Of a stretch of DNA of 64,000 bases, positions 1-11,600 are shown one piece after another. The DNA comes from Vicugna vicugna (lineage: Eukaryota): the NCBI GenBank assembly GCA_013265495.1, contig MU057700.1, forward strand, positions 62,001-126,000, in the 5' to 3' direction. How positions within the stretch are numbered: position 1 is the first letter of the stretch; the number at the start of each line of letters is the position of its first letter. The position numbers were made by a program, and so were the translations under genes. Below the pieces are notes generated by a model. It was not told the DNA's origin, ran no database searches, and saw only the letters and a list, made by a program, of their open reading frames with translations.

Positions 1-268
1 GGTATGCCATGAGGTTCTGAACATGGCTTTAGAAAAAAGAGATAATATAATCTTGTAACAGAATTAAGGGTTTTAGATAGCCCCTATATAACCTTTTACC
101 TAATGATAAAACACTAAAATAAGTCCACCAAATTAAATCTGATAACCAAACAAGGAGACTTAGCATCACCATTATTAATATTGTCCCCAAATTCTTATCA
201 ATACAATAATTCAAGAAACAGAAGTAGAATACCTATTAAAAAGAGATCAAGTTTTAAAAATGAATTGA

Positions 269-410
269 GGGGGGAGGATATAGGTCAAGTGTTAGAGCTC
301 ACGCTTAGCATACACATGGTCCTAGGTTCAATCCCCAGCACCTCCTCTAAAAATAAAACAAAAAAGTAAGTCTAATTACCTACCCCCCCAATTTTTTTAA
401 AATAAATAAA
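269..410 (+). mobile_element. tRNA-derived SINE (camelid-type) with TSD
   Basis: Box A/B-like head (tataggtcaagtgttagagc...ggttcaatccccag), A-rich tail, TSD tttaaaaatgaattga at 253-268 and 411-426. Confidence 0.85.
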
Positions 411-1169
411 TTTAAAAATGAATTGAAGACAAAACTAAAGGAAAAAGAACTACTGAAATACTAGCAGGACATTTGAACTTAATTTAAGCAAATCACCTGA
501 AAACTTCCCTGTTCACCAATAGTAATTTGATAAATACAATGAAGTTCTATTCGTATTGCTGTAAACATAAAAGTATCAAGGTATAACTTTACTGAGAAAA
601 GCATGACATTTATAAGGACAAACTAGAAATTGTGTGCAGATACAAAACAGAATTTCTTACATGGGGTACAGTAAGGACAGGTGGAGCATCTCAGCACTGG
701 GCCATCCAGCTGGGTCCAATCCCAGGACAACTGACACACGCCACCAAGGAGGGTGAACCTCTCACCTTCCCAGTCCATGGATTACAGTGTTTCCTTTGAT
801 GTAGGGATTCCAAGAAATAGAATAGGCAATACATACAGATGGGGAATTGTGATTTATTAACAGAATCAGCAGAAGCAACAAGTTTCCGATATCCAGACCC
901 TCCTGAGAAAAATTATCTTCTAAAACATTTGCTTCCTATCCCATCCCTTTCTTCACCATCTCTTCTGTCAACACAAATCCCTCATAAACCATCACTGAGA
1001 GACACATTTACAAACTCTGCGCCCTTAGGTTGCCAATTTTCTATTTGCTTGTTCCCTCATTTATAACAGCGGTGGTACACATCATGTTACATACACCGTA
1101 AGGGAGGTATTCTTAGGATATATTTCATTGCTGTTACTTCAACATAGTCCTAAGGGGTTTAACCAACAA

Positions 1170-1785
1170 ATCACTTTATAGTTTTATAGTTGGATCTGTG
1201 ATCCATTCTGAGTTAATATGTAAAGTGTGAGGTTTCAGTTAGGGTTCATTTTATTTGCAGATGGACATCTGGTCGTTCCAGCACTTATTTATAGGACTAT
1301 TCTTTTCCCGTTGAACTGTTGCAAATTGTTTCCATTGAATTTGTTGTCAAAAATTGGCCATGTCTGTGTCAATTTCTGGACTCTCTATTCTGTCCCACTA
1401 ACCAGTCTATCCTTCCACCAATACCATACCCTCTTGATTCCAATAGCTTTATAGTAAGTTTTAAAATTGGGTAGTAATGTGATTCCTCCAATTTTACCCT
1501 TTTTCAAAATAGTTCTGGCTACTCAGTCTTTTTTCATTACATACGCTATTTCTGGTAATTTTCATTGTTCAAAAGCCTGCTTTGTCTGATAGCAATACAG
1601 TCACATCAGATATCCTTTTTTTTTTTTTTTACTGTTTGCATGTTATACCTTTTCCCATCTCTTTAAAACTACCTATTATTTATAGGTAGTCATATACATA
1701 AGGACTCTTATACACATTGAGTCTTTTTTTAATCCACTCTGACAATCTGTCATTTTATTGGTGTGTTTGTGCCATTTATATTTCA
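1170..1785 (-). mobile_element. Old L1 ORF2 fragments
   Basis: Typical antisense L1 text such as atccattctgagtta, ttccagcacttattt and ctggactctctattctgtccc. Confidence 0.7.
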
Positions 1786-2284
1786 TGCCAAAAAGAGTTA
1801 ACATAGCAGGCCTGAGTCCCCTCTGCTTAGAAAGGCCTGCTTGCAAGACTGGCCCTTGGCTGGTATCTGAGAACTTACCTGGGAAACAGTTGCCTATGCT
1901 CAAATAAAACTTCACCTAAATGATTAAGAGTGGCTCAATACACACCTAACCTAACAAATGATGTGGTCACTGCTGAACACCTGCTTCCCTCATCAATCAT
2001 ATGGGTACCATGTTGCCTCCATGACTGATCCCCAAGAAACACCCTGGACTCCTAGCCTTTGATAAACTTCCCTGGTAGACAACACTTCCCACGAGTACTG
2101 CAGCTAGTTGTCGGGGGAATTCAGCGCATCCTGTGGGAGTCCACTAACAGAGGATTCTGGGAAGCTCATGTCCAGTTACCTCTGGACTTCATCCCAGGCA
2201 CTTTTTTTCCTTTTTGCTGATTCTACTCTGCCTCCTTATGTGGTAATAAGTCATGGCCACAAGCACAACTATATCCTGAATCCT
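1786..2284 (+). mobile_element. Solo LTR, MER21/MER68/MER77-like
   Basis: Begins tgccaaaaagagttaacatagcaggcctgag...cttagaaaggcctgcttgcaag, as recalled for this group. Abuts the 3' end of the pseudo-exon. Confidence 0.6.
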
Positions 2285-3228
2285 GAGTCTTTCTTTGAAA
2301 AATAATTTAATTTGCTAACAAAATTATTAAATGTTTCACTTAGCAAAGCACACCTAAAAGGAACTAATGATAAAAAGAGAAGCTTAAATTAAGGCTTCAC
2401 AATTTCACATAGTCACAAAGACCAAAACCCAACAGTACTGGTATTATATTTCAATTTTCAAATTTAATGTTGTAAAATCTGAAGTTACCTTAAAGGATTT
2501 TAAATGGGGGAAAAAAAAGATTAGAAGGAAAAAAGCATCAAATTTTTAAAATATTATGGATCTAAGACCTTTAATAGAATTTTTTTAAAGCATGTCTCCC
2601 GAATGTGTTTAGATGAGTATGGTATAAAAGTTATTTCACAAAACTGAAATTACTTCAATATAAATATACAACTGCTGAGGTATGCCACTACAATATAAAT
2701 TGAAATAAGCTCAACATGCAAGAAGCATTTTGAGGCATTACAAAATACTGAAAAGGGATTCTAAAAAAATAAACAACTGATTTCACAAGTTCATGGTGCA
2801 AATTGGTTACACAGCTTCCACTTCTATAAAAACAGCTATTCGTTGTTCCTGGATTCCCCGTGTAAGGTTAGGCTGGAATCAGTAAAGGTTTCCTATAAAA
2901 CCAGCTGTCTTGACTAATACAGTATGTTTCACTGTGCTTCAATACCCACCTGCTTCATTTCTGTGGGACTAGAATACTTCAATATACCTGTGTCCCATGG
3001 TTTCTCTGTCTTTTTTCAGGGCCATTTGATATAATCTTCTGATTAGCATCCAACAAAAAAATGAGATCAACACCAGATGCCCCATATTCAGTTCTGGAAA
3101 TTCTGCACATCTCAGCAGACAAGCACCAGGACGAGCTGGGCCGCCAGTCCTCCACGGCCTTCAGGACCAAGCAGCAGAGACACCTGACAGGACAGGCATC
3201 AAACTCGCTTGGGTATGACTTTTTGTGG
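2285..3228 (-). pseudogene. Decayed, unprocessed HNRNPF paralog terminal exon (inverted duplicate)
   Basis: Reverse complement aligns to the HNRNPF exon. Acceptor ttttcag|ccacaaaaagt, same 51-nt leader, then LLLGPEGRGG (vs [10 protein letters not shown]) and [23 protein letters not shown] (from 3025; stop at 2971-2969). 3'UTR blocks gaagctgtg..tttgcaccatga..ttgtgaaatc and tttgctaagtgaaac follow. Confidence 0.92.
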
Positions 3229-4121
3229 CTGAAAATAAAGCAAAATCTGTAAATTTTTCATTTAATATATATAACAAGAATATGTAATGAACATAATTTT
3301 CTCCATTATATAGATGAGGAACGTAAAGATGAGTCAAATTACATAAAGAGCCTTTAAAATACCAAAAACATTTTAGAGCTGAGATTTAAGCCCAAGTCTC
3401 TGTTTCCAAAACTTATACAAACTCCCCCATCCCACCCACAAAGACTACCTAATTCACTAAAGGACAGAGTGCGCACAATTTAACTGAATCAAAATGGCAC
3501 TTAGAGGACATACTGCGGTAGGCCCTCTGGTGAAAGACCACAGCAGTGACAAAAGATATTTTAAAAATATGAATGGGTATGATTGCTGGAAAATGACAAG
3601 AGTCACCCTCAGTGGACAGGGAATTTTGAGGAATTCAAAGAAGATGGAGTGCCCACAGAGTTGTATCCATAGTCCAAAACCTGCAGGAGATGACAGCTTG
3701 AAAAGATGCAAGAAGCTCCAGCGACAGCTTGAGTTTTGGGGCTCCCTTCTCCTTGTACCCAGAGGGCTGGGAAAGCAGTTGTGGGTCCACTCCCAGGCTG
3801 GCAGAGAGGTAGTTAAGGTGCCCTTGGTGTCTGGCAGCAACCAAGATGCCTTAGGAATCCCATATCATTACTGGGGCACACACACCACGTCCTGTCCTGT
3901 TATCTATAAAGGGTAGAGGTAAACAGAATCAGGCCCACAGGGATTTTCATGCAACATCTGAAGAAAACCAACACCCCAAAGAGCATCACCTCATTGAAAG
4001 GACGGAAGGTAACACTGAAGAAAATTAAGTCAATACAGAAAGCAGGAGATTTTGAAAGATGGAGATTTTCAAAGATGTATGCCTAGTATGTTCACAGCAA
4101 TATGACAGATTGACACCTGTA

Positions 4122-4250
4122 AATATATATATATATTTAATTTATATATATATTTATATATAAATTTATATATATTTATAAATATATATTTATATTTATA
4201 AATTTATTTATATATTTATAAATATATATATCTTTATCATATATATATCT
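4122..4250. repeat. AT-rich low-complexity (TA)n-like tract
   Basis: Nearly pure A/T with tatatattta variants. Confidence 0.9.
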
Positions 4251-4909
4251 TTTATGATAAAGAACAATTAGCCATCTCGGATATTAAAAATAGTGTCAAA
4301 ATCCAAAAAAAAAAATGCTCACAAAATTAAGGAAGTAGCAGAATAGAAGAAATTCGTAGAGTGGAATGGTGAGCTGGAAGATCCACTCAGTGATCTCAAA
4401 TGCAGTGCAAAGGTAAAGAGTAAGTATGATCTTTAGTTTAAAGGGACCAAGCTATAATTTCTAAAAGCAACTACTGAATGTCCTAGAAAGAAAGAGAATA
4501 AATGTGGGGTAATGCTCTAAGAATAGTAAGTAATACTCCAAACTGGAGAAAAATATGAGTCCACAGATTATATGTATCGCCATATGTCTAAAGAAGGAGG
4601 ATATATATAATTCAGATGTTTCAACATACTGGGAATATAAATATTTGTCAAGTTAAGGAGAGGGTGCCTTATAATGTCATGATAAAACCTGGTGATCCAA
4701 TAAAAAAAAAACTCTATAATATTCTTAGTTATAATTAAAGCAAAAACTCTTATCCTTAACCAATAACATAGGTTTACTTATTTGTGGTAGGAGGTATATT
4801 TACACAGAGTATGATTAATTATGGAAGCTGAATTTCATCTTGATCAAACTTCTGCTTTTTTTTTAATATGGCCCTATTCTCTTGGCCATATTTTATAGGC
4901 TCAGAAGTG

Positions 4910-4995
4910 CCCCCCACCCTTTTTAATGGAAGTACTGGGGATTGAAGCCAGGATCTCACACGTGCTAAGCATGAGCTCTACCACTGAGCTATTTC
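4910..4995 (-). mobile_element. tRNA-derived SINE
   Basis: ctggggattgaagccagg...gtgctaagcatgagctctaccactgagcta. Confidence 0.8.
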
Positions 4996-5334
4996 ACCTG
5001 ACAAAACCTTCTAATTTTTAACCCACTGTCAATGGCTTTAGTAATTGTTATGATTAACAGAACCAACAAAATAGTTTTTCTTAATACCTTTGTGGTCATA
5101 AGCAACCACTGGTTTTATCTTTATAACAAATTTTGGTTAAAATAAAGATGAATGAAGAATATATCAGAATTCCTTAAAACACAGGTAGAAAACCAAAATC
5201 CTGGCCATTCTACAAGGGAATCAGAATCACATCAGCAATGATGTTTACAAGAATATAAGACAGCAATGGCTTTTACATCCTAGGGGAATATACTTTCGAT
5301 CCTAAAATTCTCAATTAGAAAAAAAATCAAACTG

Positions 5335-5805
5335 ACAACATAACGCCATTTGCAGCAACATGGATGTTCCTGGAGAATGTCATTCTAAGCGAAGTAAGCC
5401 AGAAAGAGAAAGAAAAATACCATATGAGATCACTCATATGTGGAATCTAAAAAAAATAAAATAAAACATAAATACAAAACAGAAACAGACTCATAGACAT
5501 AGAATACAAACTTGTGGTTGCCAAGGGGGCAGGAGGTGGGAAGGGATAGACTGGGATTTCAAAATTTGTAGATACTGACAGGCATATGCAGAATAGATTA
5601 GTAAGATTATACTGTATAGCACAGGGAAATAGATACAAGATCTCTGGTAGCTCACAGTGAAAAAAAATGTGATAATGAATATATATATGTTTATGTATTT
5701 ATTTTTATAAATAAAAAATTGTGCTGTACACTGGAATTTGACACAACATTGTAAAATGACTATAACTCAATAAAAAAGTTAAAAAAAAAGAAAAGAAAAA
5801 AAATC
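5335..5805 (+). mobile_element. Relatively young L1 3' end with poly(A) tail
   Basis: gccatttgcagcaacatggatg...cactcatatgtggaatct...tgactataactcaataaaaaa followed by an A tail. Confidence 0.85.
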
Positions 5806-6549
5806 AATCAAGTAAGGCCTAAATGCAGATTTATTTCGATCCATGACACTATTTTTAAGAATTAGAGAATCGAATCTATCAAAATAAAAAAATAATTCTA
5901 AAAGGAAAATATGATACAAATAAATATAATGGTTAATGGCAGAAAAGTATACAATATATTGCTAAGTCTAAAGTAATATACTTTATAAAAAATAAAATAA
6001 AATTCTAAAATTAAGAGTAAATAATCTCCACTTGGGAGATACTGAACAGGAGGAAGTGGAAGATGCATATGCATAACTAGGACCTAGCAATCCTGCTTAC
6101 AAGTGCAATGCGGTGCGGCACACGATAGTGTAGATGAGCAAGCATCAGTAAGAAGCAGTTTAAATGGAATCACCATCACACAGCAACAAGGTGAGATGTG
6201 AAAACACCATGCTGGGGACAAATGAACAAATTCACCAGAAGAATATGAGTTATGTGCATTGCAGATACATACTCAGAAAACAAATTATACATAGTACAAG
6301 TTCACATATAAATAAAAGGATATACTTAATATGAATTAGAATTTGTACCATGACCAAAAAAAAACTGTTACCATGAACTGAGAATGGAAATAGGAAATGG
6401 GGATTAAAGGGAACAAATATATCAATATAACAAAGGGAAAAATAGAGTGTTGTAAACTAAAACAAAAAATTTACTCTGCCCTCCAGTCCAAATTAAAAAA
6501 CAGATAAATTAAAAAAAAAAGATTTGTGTAAAAAATAAAAACAAAATAT

Positions 6550-8632
6550 GGAGGACTTCAACTCTTAGGCAAGATGGAGTATCAGGGGCCAGATTAACCT
6601 TTCCACCTGAAACAATCAAAAAAATTGACAAAATATAAGGAAAAAATGGTTTCCAAAACAATGGATACCAGGCAACAAAGGAGACAGGAAGCAAGGAGAT
6701 AAGCGCCACAATTGCCCCAGCTCACCACCTGAGAAGTATTTAGACTTCTAGGGAGAAAAAACTGAGGCAGAACCCAGCAGACTCCCTGATTTGAAGAGAG
6801 AGATTTGAGAATCCGGGAAGACCAAGGCAGCTAGCTAGAGTTCATGGAACAGAATAGGGAGAGAAAACCCCAGAGATCTGCAGGGGGCCCCTTTGGCACT
6901 CGGGGGAGTAGGAGTCAGCAAGTATAGGTAGGGAAAGCACCAGAGATCCGAGGAAAGAATCATTCAAAGCATCAAAGGGAACAGTACCCTGTGCTCATTA
7001 AGGGAATAGTGCCTGTTTCAAGCTAGCAGAATGTAAAATTTCATAATTCTTGGCCCACTGGGTAGGGTACTCCGGAAGATCTTCCCTCAGTAGTGGGGAA
7101 TAATTAACCCGAGACAGAGCACTTTTCTGGACCTGCCTAACAAATCCTAAAAAGACAAAGACCAAAAAAGATCCAACTGTTTTCAAGTAATTTAACTATA
7201 TTCCCAAAATAAAGCTCAAGAAGATTTATAGGAATACAAAGTATTCAGCATTCAACAAAGTAAAATTCACAGTACCTAGCATCCAACAAAAGATTACCAA
7301 GCACATAAACGGCAAGAAAACATGATCTTTGGAGAATTATCAGTGAATTGAAACTGACTCAAGAACTGACAAAGATGCCAGAATTAGCAGAAAAGGACAT
7401 ATACACAATTACTATAACTGTATTCCATGTGTTCAGAAAGTTAAAAACAGGCATGAAAGATATAAAAAGACCTGAGCCAAACTTTCAGAAACAAAAACTA
7501 TAATGTCTGAGATAAAAAATAAACTGGATGGAGGGAAAAAAAAAAAACACTGGATGAGATGAACAGATTACATATCACAGAAGAAAAGATTACTGAACTT
7601 GAAGTCAATCAAGCTCATTATGCCAAAAAACAAAAAAAACCAACCCAAATTGAAAAGAAAAAAAAAAATCAGAAACTATGTGATGATTTCAAGAAGACTA
7701 ATACATAGATAACTGAAGGGTGGGGTGGGATGAAAAAACCAGAAAACATATTTGAAGAAATAATGGCCTAAAACTTTCCATAATTAAAAAAAAAACACTA
7801 TAAACTTATAGTTTCAAGAAGCTCAATGAACCCTAAACTAAAGAAACATAAAGAGGGGGGTGGGTATAGCTCAGTAGTAGAGCATGTGCTTAGCATACAC
7901 CAGGTATTGGGTTTAACCCCCAGTATCACCATTAAATAAATAAATAAAACCTACTTCGTCCCCCACAAAAAAAAATTTTTTAAGAAACATAAAGAAAACT
8001 ACACCAAAGAATATCAGAATCAAATAGCTCAAAATAAGTGATTTTTAAAAAATCTTAAGTCAGCCAGAAAAACAGACATGTTAAAGAATATATATACGAC
8101 ATGGAAACAACCTTAGTGTCCATCGATGGAGGAATGAATAAAAAAGTTGTGGTATATTTATAAACATACAATGGGATACTGCTCAACCATAAAAAGAGAA
8201 TGAAATTTTGCCATCTGCAGCAATACAGCTGGACTTGGATGGCATTATGCTAAGTAAAACAAGTCAGAGAAAGAAAAAAACAGCATGATATCACTTATAC
8301 GTGGAATCTAAAAAATCCAAAAAACTAGTAACTATAAAAGAAGCACTACCTTACGCTTACTGGGTGTAAGGTAGGCTCAAGGAGGTTTTGTACAACATAC
8401 GGAATATAGCCAATATTTTGTAATAACTGGAAAAGGAATGTAACCTTTAAAAACTGAATAAAAACTGTAAAAAAAATTTACAAAAAGAACATATATAAAG
8501 ATGACATCAGATTTCTAACTGGAAACAATGCAATAGAGAAGGCTGGGGAATGAAATCTTTTAAGTACTAAAAGAAAAAAAACTGTCATACTCTAATCCCA
8601 GAGATAGCAAAAATATCTTTCAAAAATGAAGG
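6550..8632 (+). mobile_element. Old L1 (L1MD/MC-like) 5'UTR and ORF1 relic, with nested SINE and L1 3' fragment
   Basis: ggcaagatggag 5' start and ORF1-like text (tttgaagaaataatggcctaaaactttcca). Nested SINE about 7855-7981 with TSD aagaaacataaaga; nested L1 3' end about 8100-8480. Confidence 0.7.
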
Positions 8633-8634
8633 CA

Positions 8635-11600
8635 AAGCTTCCAGTTCAGGACAAGATGGAGAAGATACACTTCCTATTCCTCTCCCTAAATACAGCTAAA
8701 CATAATGGTACACAAAGAAACAAAACAAGACTGAAAGGTGGAGAGAAATGGCAGATCAAGAAGGGATCCTGGCCCCAAGAAATGACATGATGTTGGGCTT
8801 CCTGGGTTTTCTTTTTGCTTCTTGTATTTCACACAGGGTGTTAGAGAAGCCAGCAACCTGAAAATGCCAATAGGTGCAAATTTTTAAAAACCTAAGAAAA
8901 TCCTGGTCTTCGAGACAAAGGACGAGAAAAGGGACAGGACAGCCTTGTAAGACAAAACTTTTAGACAATAACCACCATACTCCAGCCAAGCTCCACAGAA
9001 AAAAAGGGTGATACCACCCCTATCCATATCAGCAAAGGCCTAATAGGAAGCCTAGACTTCCCCTTGCCAGCCTGCAAAACATACATCTTACCCTTCCAGC
9101 CAAGCTGCTGTCACTGAAGGTCCAGTGGGGAACCTAACAGCCATCCCAGTCCACTGGAATGAGGCATCTCTCTGATTCCCCACCCCCAGTCAACAGAGGC
9201 TGAGTGGAGAAACTGGACTTCTATTCTACCTGGCAATAATAAGGCAGCACCTCCCTTTCCCTTGCCAGTGTGGTGTCAGAGAAAACCTGCTAAAAATAGG
9301 AGATTTGGGTAACAGCCAGAGTCTCATGAAAATGCTCAAAATGTCCAGGATCAAAAAAAAAAAAACATCGCCCTACCAAAACCCAGGAGAAGAGCCACTT
9401 GAATGAGAAAAGAAAACCAAAAGACATCAACACCAATATTTGGACTATCTGACAAGGAATTTAAAGCAGCCATCACAAAAACGCTTCAAAGAGCGATTAT
9501 GAATATGTCTGAAACACATGAAAAAGTGCAACTCATCAGAGAAACAGAAGATTTAAAGAATCAAGTAGAAATTCTAGAACTGAAAAATACAATTACCAAA
9601 ATAAAAAACTCAAAAGCAGAAAGGAGCCAAAAGAGGAGAAAGGTAGAGCAATTGAATACAGAAAAACAGAAATTACCCAATCTGAATGACAGAAAACAGA
9701 GCAGCAGAAAATGACCGGGGCCTTTGGAAACTGTGGGACTATAACAAAAGATCTAACATTCACATCATAGGGAGTCCAAGAAGGGAAGGAGAAAGAGTGT
9801 GGGCCTAGAAAGTATCCGAAGAAATAACAAATAAAAATATTCCAATTTTGGCAAAACAACCCCAAAGGGTCATATGGGAAAACTATAAAGAATGCTACTC
9901 ACATAAATTTGGCAAGTGAGAGGAAATTTACCAATTCCTCAAAAAGCTACTACTACAGTTCTACCTACATGAACAGCCCTGTAATTATTTTAAAATTGAA
10001 TTTCTACTTTGAAAACTTCTCCTAAAATCTCCAGACCCAGGTGGTTTCACAGGAAAAGTAATACCAAATATTTAGAAAACAATTAAAATTGAGGGGAGGG
10101 TATAGCTCAGTGGTAGAGTGTGTGCTTACCACACACAAGGGCCTGGGTTCAATCCCCAGCACCTCCATCAAAATAAATAAATAAACAAACAAACAAATAA
10201 ATAAATAAAAGATTAAAAATAAACAAACAAACAAAAAAGAATTAAAACCAACTCTAAACAATCTCAGAAAATGGAAGAGGAGGGAACACTGCCCCAACTC
10301 ATTTAATGAGGTCAGGTACACCCTGATACCAAACCCAAAGACATCAAGAAAGAAAACTAGACCAATATCCTTCATAAATATAGATGCTAAGCCCTTCATA
10401 AAATATTAGCAAATAGATTTCAGTAATATAGAAAAAGAATTATACACCATGACCAAATAGAGTATGGATATGCAAGGACGGTTCAAGTTTGAAAATCAAT
10501 GTAATACATCATATCAGCAGGTTAAAGGAATATTATATGATCACATAAATTGACATCGGAAAAGCACTTGACAAAATGCAACATTCCATTCATGCTAAAA
10601 ATGCTCAGCAAGTTAGAAATGGAGGGGAATCACCACAACTTGATAAAGAGCATCTACAAAAAACTACAGCTAACACACTCAGTGGTGAAAAACTGCATGC
10701 TTCTTTCCAAGATTGGAACAAGACAAAGATGTCCACTTCACCACTCTAATTCAACATCATATTATAAATTCAACTCAGCAGAATAAGGCAAGAAAAGGAA
10801 ATAAAAGTATGTATTGAAACAGAAGTACTACCTCCTCTTTGCAGATGACATGATGTGCTACACAGAAAATCCCAAGAGATGTACCAAAAACAAAAAAACA
10901 AAAAACAAAAAACAAAAAACAGAAGGAAAAAAACTCCTAGAACTGTTTGTGGAGGGAGGGACCCTTAAATTAGGAGGCCCACCAAATTGTGGGTTCTTGG
11001 CACCTGCTGTGAAAGAATTCGCACAGCAGAAAGAATTCGCAGAAGGGGAAATGGGAGGAAAGTGCTTAAGTGAGGAAGAGGCACTCAAGCGGGGAGCCAT
11101 CAGCAAAGATGGGTGGTAGAGACAGCTCTGGCCCAGGTTGGGCCACATAGACTTTTATGGGAAGCTTCTGCCATCATGTCCGTCTTCAATGTGTGGTGGA
11201 GTCAATAAGTCCCTGCTCTGAGTTTTTCAGTCCTCTATGGGCTTTTCTGGTGGTTGTCACGGCAACTGTTAACTGTCATGGCACTCATGGGTATGTCACT
11301 GAGCATGTTAACACACACTACAATGAATGTATAATGAGGCTCAAGGTCGACTGGAAGTTAGATCCTCCACCATCTTGGTCTCTATGAGTTTTAACCAGTT
11401 CTTGTTTCTTCTCTGCAGCTGCCTCCTGAGACTTAGACCAGAGTAATTGGTTTCTGTATGAGGAAGGGGCAGGGGTATGATCCTGGGGGCAAGAGCCTTG
11501 GTAACAAAAAGGAAAGTTGCTTTTAATCAGAATGCCTGCAACCTTGTGGACCCAGCATCCCCCCTAAAAAACCACCTCCAAAGATTCTGTTCAGCCACGA

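Noticed and set aside
654..830. Possible minus-strand exon (donor-like GTAAGA at about 660) of a KRAB-ZNF gene
   Set aside because: No KRAB-like translation or convincing acceptor found.
2285..3228. Interpretation as a processed HNRNPF or HNRNPH retropseudogene
   Set aside because: Homology continues into the intron upstream of the acceptor, a matching promoter lies 13 kb away, and no poly(A) tail or TSD is visible.
3457..3916. Overlapping 127-140 aa ORFs
   Set aside because: No recognisable protein; the context resembles decayed L1/HAL1 5' sequence.
10091..10170. tRNA-like sequences (box A/B)
   Set aside because: SINE heads with A-rich tails, many dispersed copies; not tRNA genes.
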